DNA of 37,071 nt from Selaginella moellendorffii (Eukaryota; Plantae; Lycopodiophyta): the NCBI RefSeq assembly GCF_000143415.4, contig NW_003314486.1, positions 1 through 37,071 of the forward strand, in the 5' to 3' direction. Position numbers and translations under genes: made by a program. Positions 11,021 to 22,764 of this stretch are shown one piece after another. Every line of letters begins with the position of its first letter. Within the stretch, counting starts at the first letter, position 1. The notes under the pieces were generated by a model. That model was given only the letters and a program-made list of their open reading frames with translations, was not told the DNA's origin and made no database searches.

Positions 11021-14000
11021 GGGGGGGATCATAGGATCCAAGGATGAGAACAGAGGGTATCTCATCGATGGCAAAATGTGCCGTGCTAAAAGTCGTGGGA
11101 AAGGTGTTCCCAAATAGAAAACAACTTTGACACAAAGTTGTGTGTGACCTCTATGGTGCCGTGCTAACAAATGGTTGGCATGAGAAAGAGCGGTATTGGT
11201 CTTGGCAAAGACTTAGACACAAAGAAAAAGTGTCATAGAGGTAGGCTCGTGGAGCCGATGGTGTGGAGACACCAAATGTGCCAAGGTGTGATACCTTGAG
11301 GCTATGTTGTTGGGTTCATGAGGACCTCTTGCCAAAGGAGTCCCAATGGAAATGGGAATGGCAAGGCCTAAGCTGGAAGGCATGCGGTTGGAGTGTGGTG
11401 ACCCAGATAATGATGGAGGTGTGGAAGCACCAAGCAATGAGTTGTAAGACTTGACAGCTATGGGGCAACTAAGCAAGAGGTGCAAGATAATTGGTTAAGC
11501 GGGTAGAAGGTAACTACCCAAGACTTCTTAATGGTATAAAGAAGTTAGATATACCCTTACGGGGGATAAATTGCTTATGTTGCGATATAGTGAGTCAATG
11601 TCATGAAAGGAAATACTCATTGTCAAGGAAGCCGTCATTGGGACACCCGAACACTCTAGAACACCAGAAGGTGGTGTTTGATGTCGCAAGGGCAATGGAT
11701 AAAGCCCAAGGGACTAAGTCCCTAGCGAATGATGGATAGAAGGTGCTATCCAAATGTTCAAGGTTGCGGAGACAGGAGAGGACTGTCTACCCAAGTTGGA
11801 CAAAGCCAAAAATGGAATTTTAGCAAGGCTAGTGATGGGCATGTAAAGGCCCATAAGCAACAATGTAACCCCAGTGTGTGGGATTATAAGCTGAGCATAC
11901 CCGGATTGAGGAACCACTCCCTGGGCTATTGGGTAGGTTCATCCCTAAGAATACTTGCTAAGGCATGATAGAAAGTGCAAAGCTATCCTCCTGGTCTGGA
12001 GGAGAATGACCGAAGGAAAGGTGTGAAGCCAAAGGCAAGTAGTGTTGGGATGGAACTGAACCATAGAAATCAAAGGGCATAACCAAGGTTGGTTATGCCA
12101 GCTGGGAGTGGAAAATCAAGTGGGGGCTCAAGGGTGTTGCCACTAGCAACCGTGATGCCATGGAGAGTCTAAAATATGGAATTGTCCATGTTAGACTATA
12201 TGGCAACTATAAAGCTTGCGAAAGGGGAGGCCTTAGCAAGCTGAGGGACAGAGTTCCTTCAAGGTTCCCAAAGACGATTCTAGGTAGCATAGTACCTAGA
12301 AAGGCCAAGTGTAAATGGTTCATGGAACGCGCGAAATCAGAGTGGCGCAGCAGAAGCGTGGTCTTGAAGCTTGCCATGAGGCAAGGTTATCAAGGTTAGG
12401 GAAGTAGTTCCCGAGTGTTCAAAGAGAGGGCTTTGAACGAAAGTCGATCGTCAAGGACTTTCACGCTTATGCAGGAACCATGTTACAATGGTCGGAGGAC
12501 TTGCCAAGTGAGATTGGCACGTCGGGGAAACAAAGACCCTAGTTGAAGGTGATAACTTCAAAAAGGGTGGGCCATGGGGCCGAGCATGGAGGATTCCATG
12601 CATGATCACAGACATGTCAAGTGAGAGGACTTGGCAGTGTGGAGGAACTAGGTTCCTAAGCTGTGATCTGTAGCGCGCTTTAAAAATAGGTTGGTGCACC
12701 GGCGTGGGGAGTCACGCCAGGCATCTAGTGTGATGCCGTCCGTAGATGCATATACGGAGGTTGGGTTCGAGTCCCGACCCTCTAGTGCTTGGGTTCGAGT
12801 CCCAAATCACTAGGGCGTGGTGATGGTTTGGAATATGAGGACACTCATATTTCGGTGGTCATGGACTCTCAGTGGGGAGACTGGTTTGGGCACACCGCCA
12901 AGCGAGGGATGCCTCGGAGTCGTGATGCACGGTTAGATTGCTTAGTGTGAAAGCTCAGCATATCTAACTTGAACACTTTGGTGCAAGTGGCACCGAGGTC
13001 GTGGTGAGTGAGATGGGGACACCTAATCTCAGTTGCTATGAACCCTTGGCCGTAAGGGCTAGCTTGGGTGCACCGCCAAGTGTGGGGGATGCCCCCGGGG
13101 TTATAGTCAACAACTTGGAGGTCTAGAAGACCAAGTACCTCTTGGCAACTCTGTTAAGGTGCCAAGGTGAGATCACTAGGTGATCTTATGGCCAGAAAAG
13201 GACAAGGTCCTTGGTTGGCTAAGGAATGAAGTTCCTGGTTCAAAATGTTGAAATTGAACTGTTTAAGGTGGTGTGGCTTGGTCGTGATAACCAAGTGGGA
13301 AGAGCACCTAAGGGAAATAAACTATGTCCGTGCGATGGCATAGTGAGTCCGAGGAAAGTAGTCTCTATAAAAGACCCATGGGAGGGTCACGAAGTTGGGC
13401 CGTGGATAGAGCCCATAGCAGAAGATGCTAAAGAGACGTACTAGGGGTGAACATCCTCCGGACTTGGCAAAGAAGAGTCTTTGCTATGGAACCGAAACAA
13501 TACCTCAAGGAGGGAGGTAGAGATTCGATGTTGCTTGGTGCAACAATTAACAGATAGGAGCAAAAGATGAGTGGCCAAGATAGGGCCGTGGAATCCCTTG
13601 GAAGGAATCCAAGTGACGAAGTTAGGCGAGGAACACTAATGTGTTGGACGCTAACAAGTTGCGGGAAAGGAAGTGTGTTTCCAAAGAGGTATTCCGAATT
13701 GCTCCGATTTGGCAAAAGTGGAAGCTCCAAGGGAGGGAGCGGTAAGGTGGCCAAATGATAGGGCGATGAACAGCCCTAGCACAAAGTATGATAACTGGAA
13801 CTTTGGCACGAAATAGAAGAGAGGATGATGGTGCCCTCGAGTAGAGAACTTCCTAGGATGGGAAGTGGAGTTGCACAAAAGGTGCAAGGCAAGGTGTCGG
13901 AGACACCTAGGAAATTGACTCCAAGAAGTCAAAATTCAAAGTTCCAAAGTGCAAAGGTTATATCGATGGAAATTGAGACTACTCGAGAAGGAGTAGTGGG

Positions 14001-14299
14001 ATTGACTTAGAGAAGGGTCTCTAAGAGGTTTAGCGAGAACTAAACCAATAAAAGGAGAGAACCACTCCTTGTGGTCCAATCAGTCTCTAAGTTGGGGAGA
14101 CTACCCTCCTTAGAGGATAGGCAAGGCATGGTGAGCCTTTGGTGTTAAACCATTGAGGCATATGCAAAAGGCATGGTGAGCCTTCAATGTCAAACCATTG
14201 ACAAATATTGGCTAGGTGCCAAGGATGGAAATGGTAACACATACGAGTGTTACTTTACAAAATGGTTTACCGTTCGATGAGGACATCGAACTTCGTCTA

Positions 14300-14312
14300 T
14301 GGGTGGTGGAGT
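14300..14312 (+). promoter_or_regulatory. Polypurine tract-like sequence of B
   Basis: GGGTGGTGGAGT immediately before the 3' LTR TG, preceded by the same GAGGAC hairpin seen in family A. Confidence 0.7.
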
Positions 14313-14540
14313 TGTGAGACACAAAATCCCTAGGCCCCAAAGTGGAGCCGGAAGGGCGCCACATGGTAGTGGCCGAAGCGAGAGCCAAACGAGCGTAACA
14401 CGTTTGGACGAAAAGCTCCGACTTGAAAAGTCAAGAGCGGGAGTGGAACTCCCAACGAAGTGCTCGAGGAACGAGCACGAAGCGAGCAAAAGGCGAGGCT
14501 CCAAAAAGGGACCCAAAAGGACCAACACATGACACGTGGG

Positions 14541-15397
14541 AGTGTCCGAGATGGACTCGAGTTGGAGTCCGAAGTGGGGTCCGAGATGGACTCGAGTTGG
14601 AGTCCGAAGTGGAGTCCGAGATGGACCCAAGTTGGAGTCCGAAGTGGAGTCCGAGGTGGACCCGAGATGGACCCGAGTTGGAGTCCGAAGTGGAGTCCGA
14701 GATGGACCCGAGTTGGAGTCCGAAGTGGAGTCCGAGGTGGACCCGAGATGGACCCGAGTTGGAGTCCGAAGTGGAGTCCGAGATGGACCCGAGTTGGAGT
14801 CCGAAGTGGAGTCCGAGGTGGACCCGAGATGGACCCGAGTTGGAGTCCGAAGTGGAGTCCGAGATGGACCCGAGTTGGAGTCCGAAGTGGAGTCCGAGGT
14901 GGACCCGAGATGGACCCGAGTTGGAGTCCGAAGTGGAGTCCGAGATGGATCCCGAGATGGAGTCCGAAGTGGAGTCCGAGGTGGACCCGAGATGGACCCG
15001 AGTTGGAGTCCGAAGTGGAGTCCGAGATGGACTCGAGATGGAGTCCGAGATGGAGTCCGAGATGGAGTCCGAGGTGGACCCGAGATGGACCCGAAATGGA
15101 GTCCGAGATGGAGTCCGAGATGGAGTCCGAGATGGAGTCCGAGATGGACCCGAGATGGACCCGAGACGGAGTCCGAGATGGAGTCCGAGATGGAGTCCGA
15201 AGTCGAGACCGAGACCAGGACCGAGACCGGGACCGAGACCGAGACCGAGACCGAGATTGGGACCGAGATTGGGACCGAGACCGAGACCGAGGCCGAGGCC
15301 GAGATCGAGCCCGAGCCCGAGCCCGAGTCCGAGTCCGAATCCGAGTCCGAGTCCGAGTCCGAGTCCGAGTCCGAGTCCGAGTCCGAGTCCGGAGTCT
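14541..15397 (+). repeat. Satellite array in B 3' LTR (~170 bp longer than the 5' copy)
   Basis: Same units as 10258-10945. The offset between the LTRs changes from 4283 to 4452 across the array. Confidence 0.95.
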
Positions 15398-15401
15398 GAG
15401 A

Positions 15402-15473
15402 GGGTGAAAGCCCAAAGCGTTCGTCTCCCAGACCCTGGGGGGTTTGGTGAGCCCCAAAAGTATAGTAAGGGGG
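15402..15473 (+). promoter_or_regulatory. rDNA Pol I promoter-like block in B 3' LTR
   Basis: Same as 10950-11020; TATAGTAAGG at 15461-15470. Confidence 0.7.
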
Positions 15474-15733
15474 AGGACTGCAGTGGAGCCAGTTTGGCCA
15501 GGAAAGGCCAGTTTGGCCCAGGAAGGCCAGACCCAGTGTTGGGTGATGAGCTGCCCACTGGGAAGTCCAAGACTAGAGTGAACACGGACCGACAAGCGGG
15601 GTAGCTTGGTGAAGTGTTCAAGAGCCGGCTCTAGTTCCCCCGGGAGATCGACTGGCCGATGCTCCCAGTCCAAGTGTGGGTGGCACTACCTACTTGGATA
15701 CCAGGCGTGGCTCAACGGAACCTCGCTCTAAGC

Positions 15734-15833
15734 NNNNNNNNNNNNNNNNNNNNNNNNNNNNNNNNNNNNNNNNNNNNNNNNNNNNNNNNNNNNNNNNNNN
15801 NNNNNNNNNNNNNNNNNNNNNNNNNNNNNNNNN
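15734..15833. other. Assembly gap (100 N)
   Basis: Run of N. Confidence 0.99.
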
Positions 15834-16766
15834 GGGAGAGTACCCAGGTGGCTCGCGTAAGGCCACGGTGTTCCGAAATGTTGTCCCAAAGGCCCAGACT
15901 GTGGAAAGGAAGAGGAGCAGTCCTCTGGGGTAGTGACCAAGGACACAGTCATGTGGTGAGGAAGTCCCAGAGGACCGTGGGACTTAGTGGTCGGGCCTGT
16001 GGGCCTCGACCCAGTGGCAGTGTTGGCAAACACGGCCAGGGGCAGAAAGGGACTTGGTAGGAACTGACAAAGGGACTTTGGGGAAGGCAATTCCCCAGGT
16101 CTGTGGGCATCCTAAGGATGCTAAGGAGTGGATCTAGGATGACCACTCGTGGACACATGGCCCAGTCTTGGAGAGACGAGGTGGTGATGCAAGTGGTGTT
16201 GAACCACTAGTGCAGCAAAGGTGAATGGGCATGGCCTTAGCGTAACGGGCCGAGATGTCAGTGGTACCTTTGGGTGTCGGTCTCAGGACCGGACACGTGG
16301 AGCACTTGGACCAGGTGCAAGTGTGGAGTGGCATGGATGCCATTCTTGGGGCTAGCAAGTCCCAAGTCCTGAATTGGACTGATGGAGGTTGTGAATGAGA
16401 CTCCTCCAAGTGGTCGGAGGTGTGGTTAAGTGACTAAAGTAGAATGGAAAATTTAGTCGCTTACAAAGACCACCATCTCCAACATGCGTCAAGATAGGGA
16501 CTCTTGATTGCATGATGTGAACACAAGCAATGAGTTAACACCTCGTTGCAAATCATCTCTCCAAGAAGAGAAAATGATTTACGTATTTGATCCTTCGTCC
16601 CTGATGACTCTCTTTTCGGTCTCATCTTTGACCAAACCTCAAGCTTGCTTTCGCACTGCCTTCAGTTCAATCCAAGAAAAGTTTATGAGAGAGCACGTTT
16701 TCATCTCTGCGTATGCAACAAGACTAGTTGCCCAATCTCATTGAATAGTACTCGCTGAGACTCATT

Positions 16767-16777
16767 CTCTGATACCA
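16767..16777 (-). promoter_or_regulatory. PBS tRNA-iMet (duplicated copy)
   Basis: CTCTGATACCA is the reverse complement of TGGTATCAGAG, adjacent to the LTR end at 16780. Confidence 0.9.
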
Positions 16778-17301
16778 AATGTAGCGCACGTGGTTTTGAC
16801 CCTTTATCCTATGGTGATTTACCATAGGATAACACCACGAAGCGGAACCTAAACCCTCTTTGTGCCACGTGACAAATGCCACGTGTCACATACCACGTGT
16901 CCGTGCCACGTGTCCATAGGAACCCGAGGTTCAGGGCCTTGGGCCACTGAACGAAGGAACGGTGCCAAACTCCCAAGCGTGACGCCAAGGAGTGATGAAA
17001 CCGGACCACGGAGCAACTCCCGAGCATATAGCCCAAGGAGCGAGGGGACAGGAGCCCGGAGCGACTTGGAACAGTCCTGGAGCAACCAGCATACCAATGC
17101 CAGGACCAGCATGCAAAACGGAGCCAAACGGAGTCTGGCGCTATTTCGGCATACCGGTGGCCTAACGTGAGGATATGGGTACTCCACCAACTAGCATGGA
17201 ATGGAACTTGGGCTTAGACCCAAGCCGGACGCAGAACAAGGACAGGCACGCAAGCGGGAGCTAGACTATGCCTCAGGTTGGTCAGCCATGCCCGACCTAC
17301 C

Positions 17302-17362
17302 CACTATCCCTACTATACATTTGGAACCCCCCACAGCCCCCCCCCCTTGAGGAACACACGCT
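17302..17362 (-). promoter_or_regulatory. Partial Pol I promoter-like block in the duplicated LTR half
   Basis: CCCTACTATA at 17308-17317; the upstream GAAAGCCCAAA box is lost at the duplication junction. Confidence 0.65.
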
Positions 17363-17399
17363 ATTCAATCTCATTGAATAGTACTCGCTGAGACTCATT

Positions 17400-17410
17400 C
17401 TCTGATACCA
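17400..17410 (-). promoter_or_regulatory. PBS tRNA-iMet of A2
   Basis: CTCTGATACCA next to the LTR end at 17413. Confidence 0.9.
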
Positions 17411-17412
17411 AA

Positions 17413-18558
17413 TGTAGCGCACGTGGTTTTGACCCTTTATCCTATGGTGATTTACCATAGGATAACACCACGAAGCGGAACCTAAACCCTCTTTGTGCCA
17501 CATGACAAATGCCACGTGTCACATACCACGTGTCCGTGCCACGTGTCCATAGGAACCCGAGGTTCAGGGCCTTGGGCCACTGAACGAAGGAACGGTGCCA
17601 AACTCCCAAGCGTGACGCCAAGGAGTGATGAAACCGGACCACGGAGCAACTCCCGAGCATATAGCCCAAGGAGCGAGGGGACAGGAGCCCGGAGCGACTT
17701 GGAACAGTCCTGGAGCAACCAGCATACCAATGCCAGGACCAGCATGCAAAACGGAGCCAAACGGAGTCTGGCGCTATTTCGGCATACCGGTGGCCTAACG
17801 TGAGGATATGGGTACTCCACCAACTAGCATGGAATGGAACTTGGGCTTAGACCCAAGCCGGACGCAGAACAAGGACAGGCACGCAAGCGGGAGCTAGACT
17901 ATGCCTCAGGTTGGTCGGCCATGCCCGACCTACCCACTATCCCTACTATACATTTGGAACCCCCCACAGCCCCCCCCCCTTGAGGAACACACGCTTTGGG
18001 CTTTCACCCCAAGCCTCCCTTAGTATCAGGAGTTAGTCTCTGGGACAAGCTTAAAACTTACTAAATATGGAATGTCCTTAGAATGCGAATTTGGACACAG
18101 GACGAACACCATTGTGTTCAGGCCGACCTCTACATTCCGTAGATATGCCAAATGAGCAAATCTAGACACTTTCCATAAATAGCATTTGGGACCGAAATGA
18201 GACTAACACAAAGGGCATGATAGCGAGGGTGTTTGGCAGACACGGTAAGCTATCATGTAGCGATATTGAGGGACCAATCTCAATACGCGAGGGTTCTTGT
18301 CAAGCCAGTGCAAGACAGAGCAAAAGAGAACTAAAAAGCCAGGCCAAGTATGCTTGGCTGAATAGACACTTAGGAATTCCGTCCTTATGCTCATCCGGCC
18401 AAGTACAGATGCAAAGTCCAGTTTACTAACACTTGAACAAGAGGGGCTGATAAAGGGTCCAGCAATACCGACCTCCTGCCATCGTGGCAGTAAGGAAAGA
18501 GTGTCCGTAAGGACTGGTCGACAGGTAACTTTCAATACCCAAAGTCACATTCGCGACA
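17413..18558 (-). repeat. Complete 5' LTR of A2 (~1146 bp)
   Basis: Minus strand reads TGTCGCG...CGCTACA; colinear with 1-1141. Confidence 0.92.
17935..18010 (-). promoter_or_regulatory. rDNA Pol I promoter-like block in A2 LTR
   Basis: CCCTACTATA at 17941-17950 through GCTTTGGGCTTTCACCCC; reverse complement of the 31337-31412 block. Confidence 0.75.
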
Positions 18559-21500
18559 GTTGTTTACACGGTCATGCCCTTTCAACGGAACAAGGAACAT
18601 CGACAGAGAGGCGGGTTATGTGACCAGTCGACAGTAGCTACCCCATGACTAGAGATTTCAACATGCACACGAAGTGCCGAAGCCAGTCTGCCTATACTGG
18701 CCCAAACTCAAAGATCAATGGATGGACAATATCAAAGTCAGAGACAATGATATCTGAGAAGCTTAATTACTAGTGATTATATCTTAGAGTAGAACACAAA
18801 AGTATTCTAAACAAGTTATCACCCGATAAACTAGTATTATAGTATAGGAACCACCAAGATCATTATAATTGGTAAACATAGGAATCACCAAGATCATTAT
18901 AATTTGGCAAACATAGAAATGACCATCCAACAAAATTCAATAGCTAGTATATCATCAAGTAAACGCAATGATAAAACTTAACTACCGAAGATAGCAGATA
19001 GTAAGCCAACAACTTACGAGAGAGAACTCAAAGAACACAAAGTATCATTGACTAACAAGCACAATGCTCGCGAATGTATCACCCAAAGGAAATAACATCC
19101 AAATCTATCAAAACTAACTCGAGCAATAATCAACAGAAGAGAATGAATGTGGGAAGACCAACAAACACTCATGCCTGCTAACTATCACAAAAGCCAATCT
19201 AAATAGATCCCAGCCAACAATACCAAGGAACTCAAGTTGCCTAAGCAAGTGTTAGCAACATCCTACTGATGTCTTAAACCCAAGAGACCAATTCAGAGCA
19301 AACCACAAAGAACATATGGTATTGCAAAAAGCCAAAAGCCATCAAAGAGAACAACCAACTATCATGAAAGATCGTCAATTAGCCCATCAATGTAGTGATG
19401 TATAATCATCGTTGAAGAAAGAATCTACCATCCCGAAGAATAGCAAATAATTCCAAACCAACAATAATCAAGCAAAACTTGTGATAAGGACAATCAACTA
19501 CCCTAGATGATAGTCAATCATCACCAATGATTGCCAGATGCAAAAACTAACTTCAATCGAAGCTAATGAGCCAAAATGCCTTCCCCCAACAACTTCAAAC
19601 AAATGGAACAATGAGCACAAAACTCAAGAACCAAAAGCTCGAAGAAGCCTATAACTAAGTCTTGCCTAATAATGATCACGAGTCTCATAGAAGCTAACTT
19701 CAATGCTAAAGAAGAAATCATGGTGCAACCCACAATATCTTCCTCAACACATCCATAAGCCAAACTTCATAATGCCAAAGCTAATGAAGAGCATTTCTGC
19801 ATCAATCCAAAAGCTAAGCATAACGAAGCTATGCTTAACAAGTGATCATCAAACGATCCTCTATGAATCCATCTATAGCAAGACGTAACTCACTTCATAA
19901 CAAGCTCAAAAAGAATCATTAATGATTGCTATATTCCGAACTCAAATCCAGCAAGGACTCAACATTCTAATATCGATCACTAACTCTTCTTCTCGTAGAG
20001 TTAGCATAGTCCACGACTAAATCACTTTTCAAGGAAAAGCTAAAGCTCAACCCTCTACTAAATAATCTCGTCTAGAACACAACTAACTCAACTTGCCACT
20101 CAGTTCGTTTGAACGTCAACACAGTTGCTAACTAGCAAATGCACGAATGCCAACAACACAAAGCTATAGCCAAATCATCAACACTATATTCATCAAGACT
20201 AATGAAACTCAATATCAATCTTTTTGGAAGGATATCTTATTTCACTCAGATCTCAATATCAACAATGTCAATGACAAAGCATCACTTCAATGCCATCAAC
20301 ACCAAAACAAAGCTAGAAGAAAGCATGAGTGAATCACCACTCGGAGCTTTCCAGCAACCAAGCTAACCAAGGTCGAAGATACTTTAATTAGTAACTGAGA
20401 CCAATCCTTTAGCAAAACTCAGTTACAGATAACACTTCCTCAAGGAGTGAGTCACCACGTCCAAGACTCAATGAAATCCAACACTACAAACTAGACGTAA
20501 CCAAATGATATCGACAGAGGTAAAGTCGACATGCCAACATGGAAAACCATGCAAGTCCAACAACACGATCCTCCGCAACACCATCCGGTCAAGCAAGCCC
20601 ACCACTGCTAAATCATCATCGAGCAAAGCAAGTATCAACAGTCTTTTTGACAAAGTCTACAAGTAATCACTAGTCGCAAAGCAACTAACAATCACCCCTC
20701 AACTTGCCTTCACAAGACCCAAACACCAACTCTTGTCATCAAGTTATATACTTATCTAGCATAAACATAATACCTCAAACATGAGATAAAAGTTCATGGA
20801 CAAGCACAAACTAAATGACCACTCGAATCCAACTCAACCGCAATAAGCTCACCAATGCATTTAGTCAATAGCTCTGAGCATGCCTTGAAGAGGCTAGCTA
20901 TGTGATCAACACTCAGTCGAAACTAAAGTGAAGACCATGAGATGGACTCATATCGGTACACAACCTCCTCATAGACAAAGCTATAGTACGGGTACCAACA
21001 TCTCAGCTTGCAAACAATTAAGTTGGACATCACCATCCTCAGCCAAGGCGCAGGGCCACCAAGACCAAGTCAAGATCAGTGAGAGCTCACTACTCTCATA
21101 GAGTCTAACGTAATGCAAGGTGCAACCTGCCACCAAGCATAACGCTACAAAAGAAAGGTACAAGGGTCACCTTTCTGAGAAAAGTGCAACAACCACTTTT
21201 CTACACCAACTCCAGACTCTATCCAACTCAATTGCCTTAGCCCCAAAAGTTAGCATCCCTTTTAGGCTGCATCATACAAACTATCTACTAAGGTTTAAGC
21301 CAACCGAAGCCAACTCCAACCCCTTCAACAGTTTGTACTGGCTTTCGAAAATGGAATGGTTTTCGAGCAAAGTGATCAATAGATCAGCCATTGGAAAAGT
21401 CTAAGAAAATTTATGGAAAATTTTCCATCCTAGGGAAAGAATAACTCTCAGTCCAGGAATGCAAACTTTCAAGACTCAACCAACTTCCTCCTACTAACAA

Positions 21501-22714
21501 CCCCACATAGGTTCACCTCAACAAAAATTCTCATGATCCAAAAATATGCTTAAGCATCGAACATCTTTGCCCATCTAACCGATATCCAACACCGACATCC
21601 GCAAACTGCAAAATGAACATCCAAGGCTTGATCACTAAGACCACATCTTCGGATATCCACATTGCACTAACACTCTTCTTCAATCACCTTCAAGATCCAA
21701 TGTGAAGCCAAAACACTAACAAGATAAATGACATGAAAAATCAAGGTCCAAGGAAAATTCCTCATCACTTGAAATAACAATGCCATTTCCATTAACACAA
21801 GTGCTAGTGATGTCAATGCCCCAACTACACACCTTCTCCATCCAATAATTTATTCCAAGTGCTAATGGATCAATAGATGAGCTATAGCAAATGAATGCTA
21901 CAACCCATTCCCAACACCTTATGGGCAAACCCTCAAGGAAACAAGGTACCAACATAAGCTTAGCATAATGGACCACCATTGAGAATCCAGTCAAGGCTAC
22001 TACAATGCTACTTCGTGCAAGTAGACTAGCTTCTCCATCAACCACTTTGGGGTTGATCATCGTTTAACCAAGCAACTTCGTAAACACATTGCTCATTATC
22101 ACATGGATATGATATGGAAATCACAATGACTTGATCATCAATTGAGCAACACCATGAGCAATGCCAATGTCATTACTTCAAAGGTCTATGTGAGTATCAA
22201 GTGTCAACTCAATTTGACAAAATGCAACATAAATGCCACACTCCACCAATAGAGATTTACAACACCTAACACCACTAACTTTTGTTCACAACACGGACAA
22301 ACTCATGCCACTCTCTTTCCGACCAAACTCAACACTAATCCAACATCAAGCTACTCAAGGAGCAATAGCAAGGTTCCCCGGAAAAGAATTGAGCATTGCA
22401 ACCCAAGTCTTTCAATAGCGAGCCTAGACAAAATGGTATAACGTTTCACCGCTATCCATCCCACAACTCACCGTTTGTAAGACCATCATCTCCAACATGC
22501 ATCAAGGTAGGGACTCTTGATTGCATAATGTGAACACGAGCAATGAGTCACACCTCGTTGCAAATCATCTCTCCAAGAAGAGAACATGATTTACGTCTTT
22601 GATCCTCCGTCCTCGATGACTCTCTTTTCGGTCTCATCTTTGACCAAACCTCAAGCTTGCTTTCGCACTGCCTTCAGTTCAATCGAAGAAAAGTTTATGA
22701 GAGAGCACGGCAAT
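18559..22714 (-). mobile_element. Family-A internal fragment, copy A3 (minus strand)
   Basis: Colinear with 6165-10029 plus 16466-16697. Lacks its own PBS and PPT; abuts the A2 LTR on one side and the gag ORF on the other. Confidence 0.85.
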
Positions 22715-22764
22715 AAACCGGGGCTGAGGCCGAGTCAGAGGAGGAAGAGCCAGATGCTGCGGCA

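Larger units (their letters stand above)
10030..11021 (+). repeat. 5' LTR of B, truncated just after the TATAGTAAGG motif
   Basis: Matches 14313-15473 apart from satellite copy number, then diverges. No R/U5 or PBS seen. Confidence 0.8.
10030..16465 (+). mobile_element. Family-B non-autonomous LTR retrotransposon nested in A2
   Basis: TG...CA termini (TGTGAGAC...GCTTACA) flanked by AAGAC at 10025-10029 and 16466-16470. Empty-site paralogues (1954-1958 rc, ~22480) have a single AAGAC. Direct repeats start at 10030 and 14313. No recognisable gag/pol ORF. Confidence 0.9.
14313..16465 (+). repeat. 3' LTR of B (contains a 100-N gap)
   Basis: Starts TGTGAGACAC after the PPT and ends GCTTACA before the TSD. 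Confidence 0.85.
16733..17995 (-). repeat. Tandem duplication (period 633 bp) of the LTR 3' half, PBS and leader
   Basis: 16733-17362 repeats at 17366-17995 with filler ATT; a few substitutions differ. Confidence 0.92.
5710..18558 (-). mobile_element. Family-A non-autonomous element copy A2 (minus strand), 3' LTR truncated, interrupted by element B
   Basis: On the minus strand: full 5' LTR 18558-17413, PBS, duplicated partial LTR plus PBS, internal region, 3' UTR, PPT 5798-5786, then only ~76 nt of 3' LTR. Confidence 0.82.

Noticed and set aside
10047-11170. 256-362-aa ORFs on both strands (also 14330-15673)
   Set aside because: They are translations of the stop-free LTR satellite, open in nearly all frames and low complexity.
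12692-12709. TGGTGCACCGGCGTGGGG as a PBS for element B
   Set aside because: Not preceded by an LTR end matching 16465, and only partially complementary to a tRNA-Gly-like 3' end.
12720-12813. tRNA gene or tRNA-derived SINE
   Set aside because: T-arm motifs are present, but I could not find an acceptor stem, D-arm/A box or complete cloverleaf. Kept only as a structured-RNA finding.
1704-22418. Recurrent 60-114-aa ORFs in family-A internal regions
   Set aside because: They recur only because the DNA is repeated; frames break differently between copies and no domain is recognisable.
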